A stretch of 64,000 nt of DNA from Octopus bimaculoides. Lineage: Eukaryota. A program made the position numbers and the translations under genes. The notes beneath the pieces are model-generated. The model searched no databases. It saw nothing but the letters and a program-made list of their open reading frames with translations, and was not told the origin of the DNA. Shown here in pieces: positions 1-11,690 of the stretch. The stretch covers positions 47,706,463-47,770,462 of the forward strand of contig NC_069000.1 of the NCBI RefSeq assembly GCF_001194135.2, read 5' to 3'. Every line of letters starts with the position of its first letter. Position 1 is the stretch's first letter.

Positions 1-160
1 AGTGAGAGTCCCTTTGTCGCCAGCAGGGGTAAGAGCTCTCTAAACTTTGCCCAGGCTATTCTTATTCTAGCAGCTACACTTTCAGCGCACCCACCCCCAC
101 TACTAACTTGGTCGCCCAGATAGCGGAAGCTATCGACTACCTCTAGTTTTTCACTCTGGA
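1..160 (-). mobile_element. RTE-clade LINE reverse-transcriptase fragment running off the window edge
   Basis: Open frame LEVVDSFRYLGDQVSSGGGCAESVAARIRIAWAKFRELLPLLATKGLS, typical of the RTE RT C-terminal region (YLG motif). Confidence 0.8.
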
Positions 161-374
161 ATGAGATAGAAGTTGTTTCCTGTTTGTTTACAGTCTTTAT
201 TGCACCTGAACATCTATATAAAAAAATAAGCAACACGGATTTCAAAGTGATTGCAGTATGCACGTTTCATGCTACTCCAATTTATTTAAGTAATGTGAGC
301 ATTACATTAAATGCAATATGCGAATTACAAAAGTTGCTCAGATAAGAAATCTCGTGTTTTCAAACTGGTTCATG

Positions 375-528
375 TACTCCTGTTTCTGCGTGGATCATAA
401 CCCGCTCCCCCATTATCTATTTCAATGCCAAAATTTGGCACAATTCCTTCCAGGATCTTCCAGAAGTATATTACTGCATACCTCTCCCGCCTTCTCTCCA
501 GAGAGTAGAGTCTGAGCTGTTTCAGTCG
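375..528 (-). mobile_element. CR1/L2-group LINE ORF2 C-terminal fragment
   Basis: LKQLRLYSLERRRERYAVIYFWKILEGIVPNFGI matches the L.SLE.RR.R...I..WKIL.G motif. Confidence 0.75.
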
Positions 529-1890
529 CAGGTACGTACTTATAGCAGCAGCGACGCACATACTGCCACAGTTTCGTATAAACGGGCATCCGCTGCTATT
601 TATGGCTTGGAATACGTATTTGCGGCTTTGGGCACGCTATTGCGTCGGCGGCGAAAAGATTTACGTTGTGGAGCTTATTTATCTCGCCATTGTTTCGTAG
701 TTACGTGTTCAGGTTTGTTGTTTCAGCCGCAAGTACGTACTTATAGCAGCAGAGACGCACATACTGCCCCAGTTTCGTATAAACGGGAATAGGCTGGTAT
801 TTACGGCCTGGAATACGTAGTTGCGGCTTTGGGCACGTTTTTGCGGCGTTAGGCACGCTGTGGCGTCGGCAGGTACAGATTTACGTTGTGGAGCTTATTT
901 TTGTCGCCATTGTTTCGTACTTAACTGTTCAGGTTTGTTTTTCAGCTGCATGTACGTACTTATAGAAGCAGCGACGCACATACTGCCATAGTTTCGTATA
1001 AACGGTCATCGGCTGGTATTTACNNNNNNNNNNNNNNNNNNNNNNNNNNNNNNNNNNNNNNNNNNNNNNNNNNNNNNNNNNNNNNNNNNNNNNNNNNNNN
1101 NNNNNNNNNNNNNNNNNNNNNNNNNNNNNNNNNNNNNNNNNNNNNNNNNNNNNNNNNNNNNNNNNNNNNNNNNNNNNNNNNNNNNNNNNNNNNNNNNNNN
1201 NNNNNNNNNNNNNNNNNNNNNNNNNNNNNNNNNNNNNNNNNNNNNNNNNNNNNNNNNNNNNNNNNNNNNNNNNNNNNNNNNNNNNNNNNNNNNNNNNNNN
1301 NNNNNNNNNNNNNNNNNNNNNNNNNNNNNNNNNNNNNNNNNNNNNNNNNNNNNNNNNNNNNNNNNNNNNNNNNNNNNNNNNNNNNNNNNNNNNNNNNNNN
1401 NNNNNNNNNNNNNNNNNNNNNNNNNNNNNNNNNNNNNNNNNNNNNNNNNNNNNNNNNNNNNNNNNNNNNNNNNNNNNNNNNNNNNNNNNNNNNNNNNNNN
1501 NNNNNNNNNNNNNNNNNNNNNNNNNNNNNNNNNNNNNNNNNNNNNNNNNNNNNNNNNNNNNNNNNNNNNNNNNNTAAGCACGTTTTTGCGGCGCTAGGGA
1601 CGCTGTTGCGTCGGCGGCGAAAAGATTTACGTTGTGGAGCTTATTTTTGTCGCCATTGTTTCGTACTTACGTGTTCAGGTTTGTTGTTACAGCTGCAAGT
1701 ACGTACTTATAGCAGCAGCGACGCACATACTGCCGCAGTTTCGTATAAACGGGCATCGGCTGCTATTTATGGCTTGGAATACCTATTTGCGGCTTTGGGC
1801 ACGTTTTTGCGGCGCTAGGTACGCTGTTGCGTCGGCGGCGAAAAGATTTACGTTGTGGAGCTTATTTTTGTCGCCATTGTTTCGTACTTT
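520..1890. repeat. CpG-rich tandem array, unit ~201-220 bp, interrupted by an N gap (1024-1574)
   Basis: Motif gtacgtacttatag recurs at 532, 733, 952 and 1699; units are highly similar. Confidence 0.92.
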
Positions 1891-2269
1891 GTGTCAGTTC
1901 ATACGATAGAAACTCTAACGACTCTAGCCTGAAACATTCATTCCCTCTGAAGATGAATATTTCACTTCATAGTAGGTCTGTGACCAGTCCTAAGAACTTT
2001 TTACGATAGAAATTCTCTCAACTGTGTCCTAAGGCATAATTTGTTATGGGCTGTGACTTAATATCTATAGAGTGTTTGCATTCTGACCTGAGACTTTTAT
2101 GTGTTCGGAGATACTTTCACATCACAGAAACACTTCTAACAAGGACCTGTAATTTCACTTTGCTCCACGGGGTTCCTTCTCACCAAAGAACCTCACCCAG
2201 TTGCCACTTGATGCCTCACATGCTTTTTTGTGATCTTGTAACATCTAGAAATCTAAAGTGAATCTTGAC

Positions 2270-3200
2270 TCTTAATCAGTTTCCCCATGTTAGATGTTTC
2301 AGGGCAGCATGCTCCTTCCAGTCTGTTTACCACACTTCTCTCCATTGCTGTCCAACCGGTTCTCATCTATTTGAAGTCAACCTGCAATGTCCAACACCAG
2401 CTGCTCTTGGACAGGCCCTTCTGTTTTTCTACCTCCTCTGTCCATGTCATTAGCCAAGTAAAAGCCAGCTACAAAATATAACTGAACAGTTTCAACTGGG
2501 AAAAGTATCAATGTTTTTCTGGTGGAATTTGCTTCTTGGAAGGACTTTGTTCACATGTAATTCTGTCTTGTCAGTGACTTTGAGGATATTTCTTAGACCT
2601 CATCAGTGGAATGTGTTGGCTGCCTTCACTGACATTTTCCCAGGTTTCCCTGCTGTGCAGAACCCTAAAATTATTGAAGTATATAACTGGGCCTTTATGC
2701 TAGTCCTGATGCTTGTTGTCTCTCAAATTTGCTGCATCCACTGGGACATGGCCTCTGCTTTACCAGTTGTGCTCTTTACAGTACTTTTCATGCCTGCTAT
2801 ATTATTGTTTGCATCACCTTTGCAGGAGGAATTTGTGTTGGATGAAGATAGAAGATTGTGTTCTGGTATTCATCTGCATCACTTTCATCTTTCCACAGCT
2901 AATTTTGAACCCCATCTTCCCTGTTTATTTTGCAAGCTTGGTACTTAGTTCTTGCAGGTCAACTCTTGTTTCTTGCAGCAGGGCAAAGTCATCATCGAAG
3001 GTCAGACCACAAAACCTTCCCATTTTTCTCTACTACGGTCTTGCAGTGCTCCCACTGATTAGTTTCTTAGTCAGGAAGTTAACTACAAGCAAGAAGAGAA
3101 AGGATGAGAGTATGAAACCCAGATAAACTCCAGTAATATATAATATGAAAGTATTACAACTGCAACAGACTGTAGTTTTATCTCCAGATGCTCAGAGAGA
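2270..3200 (-). mobile_element. Degenerate RTE-clade LINE (RT to 3' end) with stops and frameshifts
   Basis: Minus-strand FDDDFALLQETRVDLQEL (FADD-like), KMGFKISCGKMKVM, ETTSIRTSIKAQLYTSII, WKMSVKAANTFH..LRNIL, LMTWTEE..KGLSKSSW. Confidence 0.75.
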
Positions 3201-4544
3201 GAGATTCTGCTCCAATAATCAAGAAAATTAAATTTTCTAAAGTATTTCAATCTTTTCTAAAGGCTGTTCCAGGAAACCTATTGAAATTCTTTCCATTGAA
3301 GAATGGAGAGACGAAACTATTAGAATCTGCTGTAAGAATGACACATCCCCGGTAATATTGGTAAATGAGAGGCCTTGAAATACTTTCTCAACCCAATCAC
3401 AGTAAGTGAAATGGTGAAAGATTACTGTGAGTGGATTAGAGGATAAGTGGGTGACTGTGGTCACTGTGAAAGGGATGATTGTTGTCAGTACAAAGGGGGG
3501 GCTGTTCTATCAAATTACTGGAGTTGTTCTAGTAGTTGATGACACTGCTGTGACATACATATTTTTTCCCCAAAAGCTAGACAATATATTGTGAATATAT
3601 ATATATATATATATAACATTTGAGTCAATTTTTAGTGTACACACACACACACACACAGAGACATATGCACACACATATATAGCCCTTCCATGTCTATCTG
3701 TCTATATATGTTAGTGAACCATGAATGTACAGTACCTCTCTCTGTTGTAAAAAAGAAATCACTAGAAAGATGTCAAAATTCACTTTTAATTGAGGCAGTC
3801 GAGTTGCACAGATGGTCCAGTGCCAAACTAGACATTTCCTGGTATCCTGTGAAATAACTTATAGTTTCGAGTTAAACCCATTAAAGAAAAATTTCATCCA
3901 TCTCTGCTTTATAGAACGAGTACCAGTGATGCACTGGGGTTGAGAAAAGTACTTTTGTCACACCTATTTAAATAATGGAAGCAGAGTTTTGTGACAATAC
4001 GAAATAAAGAATTGTTTCTAATCTTTTGTAGACAGAAACAGCAATATTTTAGATTTATCACAGAAAGATAAATCTAGCTTAATATAATGGTACACATTGA
4101 TGGAGTGTGTGTGAAAGAGAATAACATCGCAGCTTGTATGATTAAAGAATTAAACATGGAAGACAAAAAGAACTTATTGTGTGTGTGAGTGTATGTGTGT
4201 AGCTCCACAATACAAAACAACAATTTGGCTCAACTCAGCTCCTCCTCAACAGCAACAACAACAACAGCAACAACAACAGTAATACAAGTGGAGAGAGTGC
4301 TGTAGAGAAAACAAATAAAGCAAGCTGAGACTGTGTCACCGTTTCCTACATTCGTTGACACTGATTCCTCTTAATTGTGATGCAAATATATTTTAGAGAA
4401 AGTTATGATTGCTGTAAATTTCTTTTCCTTCTTCACTTTGAAAGCTCATTCATAAAGCAATGTCTGTATTGTTAAAGAAATGAATAATTATTTTACAGAA
4501 TGGTGTAACCAAGCTGTCAAGCAAATGTCATTTTGGGTGATTAT

Positions 4545-4598
4545 TTTATTTTAAAAAATATGTATAAAAAGGTGAATTAGACAATCTTTCCTTTTATT
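4545..4598 (-). promoter_or_regulatory. Candidate polyadenylation signals (AATAAA at 4598-4593 and 4550-4545)
   Basis: Two AATAAA hexamers 340-390 nt downstream of the stop; common by chance in AT-rich DNA. Confidence 0.25.
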
Positions 4599-4936
4599 TC
4601 AGATTATTTTTGCTTTGTCTTATTTGTTCTTCTGTACACTCCTGATTACAGTTGCAATCCTGTCTCTTAATTCTATTGAAGATCAGAAAAGATTTCAAGA
4701 AGATTTCAAGTGTAAATATGCAAAAAGTTTAAAAAGGAAAATGCCGATCAAATTACTAAACACAAACAAACTTCCTGATTACATCTAGGATTCTTGTCTT
4801 ACCACTCGATTTCATTGTTTCAAAATATTCTCATTGGAAGCAGCAACTGTCTTCCCATTCAGATGTTGGCAGTCGGAAACAATGTTGAAGTCAGGTTCAT
4901 TGCTGCTTGAATATAGAGATTAATATTAGCATTAAG

Positions 4937-5163
4937 TTATGATGTAAGTGTTGGAACATATGGAGAGCGAGTGGAGTCTATAGAACCTTCACGAGATGAG
5001 GCAGGGTAACGCATTGATGAACGAGACAGGGAACTCTCACGGGATGTTTCACCTGGGTCTCGTGTTCTCTTGCGTCCACGCCGGAACAATTTTTTGAGGC
5101 TTCCACCAAGAGATGAGGATTTCTTTATTGGTGGTACCTCAAGGCTGATTCCATTAATGTCTT
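4937..5163 (-). CDS. C2CD2L: Terminal coding exon (polybasic segment 2): EDINGISLEVPPIKKSSSLGGSLKKLFRRGRKRTRDPGETSRESSLSRSSMRYPASSREGSIDSTRSPYVPTLTS*
   Basis: Acceptor tttctaattgcag (NAGNAG cagAAG), phase 1, TAA at 4939-4937. Confidence 0.88.
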
Positions 5164-6071
5164 CTGCAATTAGAAAGCATCACACAAAAAAAAAAAGATA
5201 TATGAGAGAGTGAAAGCAGAGAGTTTTTATGAACTTATATTTTAGGTTAACATTACAAATGTTACAACATTGTCGTCACATTTGATGGGTTCCATCTCGC
5301 TATTTCTGTTCACCCGTTGAGGTTAAATAAAGAAATGATGGATCAAGAGGGAGTTGTGTGTGTGTGAGAGAGAAATGAAAATGAAAAGATTGAGATACTG
5401 CTGTATGCACACACACACACACACACATAACAATAGACATAACCATTATGATGGGGGGGGGGAGTGATAAGTATAAATGTAATGTTATTACCAGTTTGAG
5501 AAAATGTCAGTAGCACGTTCAGGTTTGTGAATGAGTCCGTCACTGTGTTTCATCAGACAAAACACACTTGACAAACCCAAATGTGCTTTTAGCAGATTCA
5601 AACTGGTAATAATGTTGCATAACCATTCTTATTTCAATTCTGATTTCTCCATCAGACAGAATTTGTTGAGGCAGATTTATGACATAATAATGATCATAAT
5701 AAAATTATTGTATACAGTGCTCAGGTGCACTAGAACTTGTCAAAAGTGTGCATAAAGCATATGCAGTAATGTACAAATGCCTGGAAAGTGAACAGTGTAG
5801 GAGTCAGATCCATGCTTGCGTGTGTATGGAGGGGCGTTTTTTTTGTTATATTTAACAAGAAAACCACAAAATAAAAAAAAAAGTTTTAATACAGAAATCT
5901 TTTTGATCAATAAAATAAAAGACAGCTAAGAAAATAATTTTAGCCAGAATTACACAAATGCACTCAGAGATGGCTATCACAGACAAGTGACAGGGTCATT
6001 AAAATGAAATCTAAATTCATGTTTTTAATTTAGGTGAGAAAGAAAAAGGGAAAGAGATGAAGGAAGAGTAC

Positions 6072-6239
6072 CTGTTGATTTGGACATAGGCTTGAAGCTG
6101 GACTCATTTGGTGACAGGTAGGTGTTGCTACCTCCTTCTGATTTCAGGGACTGAGCTCGGTCTGCACTTTGGGACCGCACCTTGGAACGACCAAATCTTT
6201 TCTTAAGGGTCTTGGCCAGAGAGAAGGATTTCTTTTTCT
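6072..6239 (-). CDS. C2CD2L: Visible exon 13 (polybasic segment 1): EKKKSFSLAKTLKKRFGRSKVRSQSADRAQSLKSEGG...KST
   Basis: Acceptor ctcctgtccgtag, donor CAG|gtactc, 168 nt, symmetric phase 1-1. Confidence 0.88.
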
Positions 6240-6499
6240 CTACGGACAGGAGTGAAACAAGAATGTTAAAGAGGACCACAAAGAACATGGATAAAAAGAC
6301 AAAGACAAGAAATTATGAATAAGTTCATCATTGATCTGACAACCATTTAGCTTCAGTTAACGAGTGAAAACACAGAAATTTCATCTCTGACCATAATTGA
6401 TAGAGAATCATAGTTTTTAGTCATACACTGACTACATACACACTGCTGTCTGTCTGCATATATGTTGTCTAAGGTGAGTATATGTAGATGTATGAATAT

Positions 6500-7630
6500 C
6501 ATTCATCATCATCGTTCAATGTCTGTCTTCCATGCTGGCATGGGTGGGATGGTACCATAAGAGCTGGCCAGGTTGAAGCCTGCAAAAGACTTCTGTGACC
6601 GTTTTGGCAGGATTTTTACAGCTGGATCCCCTTCCTAACACCAACCACTCAGCAAAGTGGACTTACTGCATTTTACATGGCAAAAGCACAGGTGAGGTCA
6701 GTTTTGGCAAGGTTTTTACAGCTGGATGTCCTTCCAAATGCCAACCACTTTAGAGTGAGGACAGGGTCATAGAGTACTTGCAAGACATAAAAAAAAAATT
6801 TTAAGAAGGGAGGAGGCATTGGAGGTGGTGATGATGAAAACGTTATAGTGAGACAGATACAGGTGTCTTGTTGAAGAGGAAGTACAAGGTTACATGGCCG
6901 GAGGGAGAGAAATATCAGGAATGAAGACAGAAATAGGTGTGCAACTGCAAAGGAAAGACCTGGTTACCCAACCTGAGTGAAGTGCAGGAGAAGGAGAGAG
7001 AGAGAGTGGGAGACAGCAGGATGGAGATGGTGGCAAAATGCCGGGCATGCTCACAAGGAATGGGGATCAGAGTAGGAATGAGATGGTTGAGTAAAGGAAG
7101 AGAGAGAGATACAGATGGTGGCAAGTGCCAGGGTTCGAACCCTTGGGGTTCAAATGCCAAAACTTAAGTGGCAGGATATTGCGAAGGGAGTGTGATTAAA
7201 GAGTGCGAGTAAGTGGTGAAAGGCCTGGGTATGTATGGAGTTGGAGGGGCTACCGGATAGCAATGATACAGAGGAACGGGGGGGGGAGGAGGAGGTTAAA
7301 ACAGGGTTGGGGAGTGATAATTAGGTATAGTGTATGAAAGAGGAAATGTGGGAAAGAGATGTGGAGATGTAGATTGGTTTTGTTGGGGGTAGGGAGCTAG
7401 CAGATAGCAATAATAGAGCGAGACAGGGCATGTGTGTAGAATGCACAGGTTGGGGGTAGGCGGAGAGCAAAGATACAGTGGCCAAGAGGACAGGATTGGG
7501 GGGGGGGAGGTAATCACAGTACATGAAGTGGAGATGTGAGGGAGAGTGTAGTTTGGTTTGTTGTGGTAGAGTGTGTGAGAAGTTTTCTTGTTAAGATGGG
7601 GTGGGACACACAGGGATGAAAGAAGCCCGT
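6500..7630 (+). mobile_element. Composite non-autonomous interspersed repeat with purine-rich core; homolog in inverted orientation at ~22130-23015
   Basis: Shared blocks such as cacaaggaat(g/a)gggatcaga and gatggtggcaa..tgcc between the two loci; related pieces at 7850-8235, 23100-23560 and 44850-45640. Confidence 0.65.
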
Positions 7631-7654
7631 CATATATAGGTATATATATGTATT

Positions 7655-7835
7655 TGTGTTTGTCTCCCCCCCAACATCGCTTGACAACTAATGCTGGTGT
7701 GGTTACGTCCCCGTAACTTAGCAGTTTGGCAAAAAGAGACCGATAGAATAAGTCTTGGGGTCGATTTTCTCGACTAAAGGCGGTGCTCCAGCATGGCCAC
7801 AGTCAAATGACTGAAACAAGTAAAAGAGAGAGTAA
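7655..7835 (+). mobile_element. SINE-like repeat 3' module (other copies ~41985-42118, 45705-45900, 47440-47625)
   Basis: Recurrent cttgacaac..gtgt..ttacgtccccgtaacttag...gatagaataagt...ccagcatggcc.cagtc.aa(t)gactgaaacaagtaaaa. Confidence 0.7.
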
Positions 7836-8835
7836 GAGTATATCATGATCATTGTTTTATGCCCATCTTCCATGCATGTGTGAGAGTAGGTTGGTTGATA
7901 GGAGCCAGCCAGGAAGGAAAACTGCCCAAGGCTACTGTGTCTGTCTTGGCAGGGATTTTACAGCTGGATGCTCTTCCTGACACCAACCACTCCGCTGAGT
8001 GGACTCAGTGCCTTTTACATGGCACTAGCACAGGCAAGGTTAGTTTTTGGCATGATTTATACAGCTGGATACCCTTCCAAATGCCAACCATGTTCCAGTG
8101 TGGACTGGATGCTTTTAATGTGGCACCTGCACTGGCAGGGTAACCAAGTAACTCACAAGACAAGGGATTATGAGAGGGGCAGGGGGTCATTTGAGGAGGG
8201 GTACTTGTGTCAGAGGATGAAAGGTTAGAGTGTGGTAAAAATTGAAATGGAAAGAAAATGTTCATAAAATATTCTTTATGCACAAAACTATGCACATCTT
8301 ATTATGGTGGTATGAGACCAGAGCAGCAGGCCCTTGTGGGTGAGACTCTGGATGAACCGTTGGAATTTCATTCTGGACGAACAGCTTCAATGCAATGCCT
8401 ATTAACAGACCTGCAACATGGAGGACTGAAGCCACACTTGAACATTGATAATCGATGTGCAGATAAAGGAATCCCCATGCTGAGACATTGCTGCAGTATT
8501 AGGGATCAGCTCTTCATTTAAAACTTCATGCTAGGAAAGGGCAGAGTACAAGAAGAGGTCTGCATGGCGCAGACAGCCACCGATATATATATACGGATGA
8601 GACTAAATAAAAAGGAATTTTGGTTTGCTTTGATAAAAATTGAAAAAAAGAAACAAAATCAATGTTTTTGTTGGTTTGTTTTTTTTCTCTTGACTAAACA
8701 TTAACTTAGATTTTTATCAACATTTTGGTGGAACATTATTGATGGTGGTGGTGGAGGTAGTGATGGTGATAGTATACAAACACACACACACACACACAGC
8801 TGGATAGCAAGCTAGGGAGAGGCCAGAATAGTTAC

Positions 8836-8929
8836 CTTTATCGGACACAGTACTTCCAGTTTGAGATTTGTCAGCGGAGGCTGAAGAAGGACTGTCAATA
8901 TTATCTTCTCCTGGCAAACTGTCTATGGT
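8836..8929 (-). CDS. C2CD2L: Visible exon 12: TIDSLPGEDNIDSPSSASADKSQTGSTVSDK
   Basis: Acceptor cacgtttcgcag, donor AAG|gtaact, 94 nt, phase 0-1. Confidence 0.85.
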
Positions 8930-9469
8930 CTGCGAAACGTGATGGAGAAGAATGGAATGTCAAGAAAGAAGGATTAAATAGGAATCAATTGGTTAAAAGA
9001 ATCAATGTCAATACAAGAGAATCAATTGATTTACTTCTGCTTAATTAACATATTGTAAACCATTCAATACTAATTAGATCCAATCAAATCATTCAACTCA
9101 TGCAAGTATGGAAGATAGATGATGATGATGATGATGATTTTCAATATTTACAATGAAGGCAGGAAACTGGCAGAACCATTAGGAGACCAGGTAAAACACT
9201 GAGCAGCAAGTTCTGAGGTTGACTTTCATTCTTTCTGGTTAATAAAACAAGGACCAATTGAACGCTGTAATCAACTGACCCCTTCCTCTGAACTTTCTGG
9301 CCTTGTGCCAAAGTTTGAAACCAAGATTAATTAGTTTTCTCCTTATAACCTGATTGTTAAAGACACTACTTTAGCCCCGAGCTGACTAAAGCCTTGTGAA
9401 TGGATTTAGTCGATGAGACAGAAACTAAAAGAAGCGAATTGTGTGTGCGTGTGTGTGTGTGTGGTCACC

Positions 9470-10010
9470 TTTGTCTCAACATCTCACGATGACACTTTCC
9501 TCTCTATTACTCGATTAACTCATCTGCTAATTCTCATCTTACTTCATTCGCTGGTTTTCCTGCCTTCATATCCTTCATCACTTTCAACCACAACTGCTGT
9601 CACCTTAAATGGCCAATCCTTTTGTTGGCTCAATTCAAAGAAGACTCCCTCTCTCTTTCCCATGCATTCTCCATGTTCAGTAACTTCTCAGCTTATCAAT
9701 TCTATTCTTCTTTCCTTTCAGCATCAATGAAATCAAGTCTGCTACAGTTGTTCCACAGACATTTCTCTCTGATGACATCTGAATGGCATCTCTCTAACAC
9801 ACAGTCTTACTATTCTCAACATTTCAGACTCCTCATCCTTATGCTGCAGGATTTCTTTTCGCTTCTCCTGATGTCTAGCTCCCTTTCCTGCTATTTGATA
9901 TTTTTACTTACCCCTCCCTACCCCACCCCATTTCCTCCAGGAAATGACCAGGTTTGTTTATGTCCCTGTTCCATCACAAAATCCCCTTCCATCTAGATGA
10001 GGCTTTACAC
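9470..10010 (+). mobile_element. Possible highly degenerate LINE fragment (L2-like, pyrimidine-rich)
   Basis: Low-complexity L/S/F-rich frames with no clean motif. Confidence 0.25.
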
Positions 10011-10013
10011 CAA

Positions 10014-10120
10014 CCATCAGTCTGCTCTGCCATCAGTCTGCTCTGCCATCAGTCTGCTCTGCCATCAGTCTGCTCTGCCATCAATCTGCTCTGCCATCAG
10101 TCTGCTNNNNNNNNNNTGCT
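10014..10120. repeat. 16-bp minisatellite (ccatcagtctgctctg), about 6 copies, ending at a small gap
   Basis: Direct inspection. Confidence 0.95.
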
Positions 10121-10289
10121 GTAGCAACCCTCACTTTTCTCTATAAATCTCTCGATTCCCCCCTCTTCTCGCTCATCAAATAATATTTCTCACAACCTTT
10201 CACTCTTTACTGAATCTTTATGCTTCCGTAACCTTCTCCGTCTGTCTAAACTTATCTACCTCTAAACTATTTAAATTTCTGACTATAAA

Positions 10290-10415
10290 AATGTGCGAAA
10301 AATATAATTATCTAACTGTAAAATATAATTAACCATGAACTATAATTATCTGATAGTAAAAAATATAATTACTTGTAAAAATATAATTACTTGTAAAAAT
10401 ATAATTACTTGTAAA
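10290..10415. repeat. AT-rich ~18-bp repeats (aaaaatataattacttgt), continuing at ~10825-10890 beyond the LINE insertion
   Basis: Direct inspection. Confidence 0.8.
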
Positions 10416-10447
10416 AGAAAAACTCTTTTACTATAAAAAGAAAATGA

Positions 10448-10807
10448 AGTTCAAAAGAAGGCTGTTTGGAATAATGTTAGATGAGAAGATGTGTAGCCAA
10501 GAGATGAGGAAATCTCTCCAGCTTGAGCCCCTAATTCTTCATTTTGAAAGGTCAGAGCTCTGGCATAATGGACATGGGATATAAATGTTGTAGGAAAGAA
10601 TCCCAAAATGGATTCTTCAAGATTAACCAACTGGCAGGAGTGTGAGGAGTAGAACAAGAATGAGATGGTTGGATAATGATCCATAGTCTCTCATTTGGTC
10701 AGGGCTGAGAAATCTAATGACAGTTGTTTTTGATAGGACCCAATGGAAGAAGCACCAGAATGGTCCTCCCAGGAATTGTGGGTGGAGAAGAGGGGTGGAT
10801 GGATGGA
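10448..10807 (+). mobile_element. 5'-truncated RTE/BovB-like LINE 3' end with (GGAT)n tail and 14-bp target-site duplication
   Basis: RTRMRWLDN motif; tail gtggatggatggat; flanks taaaaagaaaatga (10434-10447) and taaaaataaaatga (10808-10821). Confidence 0.7.
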
Positions 10808-11514
10808 TAAAAATAAAATGATCTAATTGTAAAAATATAATTATTTTCTTGTAAAAATGTAATTACATATTTGTAAAATATAATTATCTAACAACAAAGA
10901 AGTAATTAATTACCCCCCCCCCCNNNNNNNNNNCCACATCAGCCAATTAAAAAATTAATATGATTACGCAAAGAGAAAAATGAAATAAAAAAATAAAAAA
11001 AATAAAATGTTTTTTTCATTTTGCAGGGTTTATAATAGTAAAAGCGGAACAAACAATGAGTGGCAGACAACAATGGTGGCGTATTGGTAGTTGTTAGTAG
11101 TTGTAGCCAGTGGCACCACTGCAGCAGTTGAGCAACGACAACAAGTTAAAGATTAATGCTTCGAGTGTAAGAAGAGCAAGGAAGGCTTAGAAACAAATAG
11201 GAAAGTAAAGTGAATGGAAATAATAATAATAATAATAATAAAGGTAAGACAGCATGCCAAGCATATGAAATGAGAGTGGAGTTAGTAAATGGAGGCTATT
11301 ACCTTGATTACAGGTACGACAGGTTCCTGAAGGGGCAAAGAAAAATGGAAATGTTGGATAAACTGAGAGATGAAGGGGAAATGAAGAAATTAGAGAAACT
11401 CATTCATGTTTTAAGGCCTTTAAGCATGTATGTATGAGTGTGTGTGTGTGTGTGTATGTACCTGTGTGTATATGTATGTATAGACACACACACACACACA
11501 TATATAGATACAGG

Positions 11515-11690
11515 TGTGGCTGTATAGTTAAAAAGTTTGCTTCCCAAACATGTGGTCTCAGATCCAATTCCAGTGCAAGACACTTTGGTCAAGTGTCTTC
11601 TACCAAATCTGCTGAGAAAGCTTTTGTTAGCCCAAGGCTGACAAAGGCTTTCTCAGTAGATTTGACAGATGGAAACTGAAAGAAGGACAT
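11515..11690 (+). mobile_element. tRNA-like SINE copy carrying an atypical 29-bp internal hairpin (related copies ~9345-9435, 16265-16400, 37130-37225, 44405-44545)
   Basis: ggtgtggctgtatagtt..aagtttgcttccca..ggtctcagatccaattcc...aagtgtcttc...gatggaaactgaaagaag. Confidence 0.75.

Noticed and set aside
1006-1581. Long ORFs in the track containing X runs (also 29531-30499, 48051-49216, 61600-62370)
   Set aside because: Artefacts of N gaps; only the HERO-like part of 48146-49216 is real coding-derived sequence.
607-2009. Repeated small ORFs (RRRRKDLRCGAY...)
   Set aside because: Translations of the tandem array; stops differ among units and there is no splice or domain support.
2511-3126. 145-aa and 137-aa plus-strand hydrophobic ORFs
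   Set aside because: They are the antisense of a degenerate RTE reverse transcriptase.
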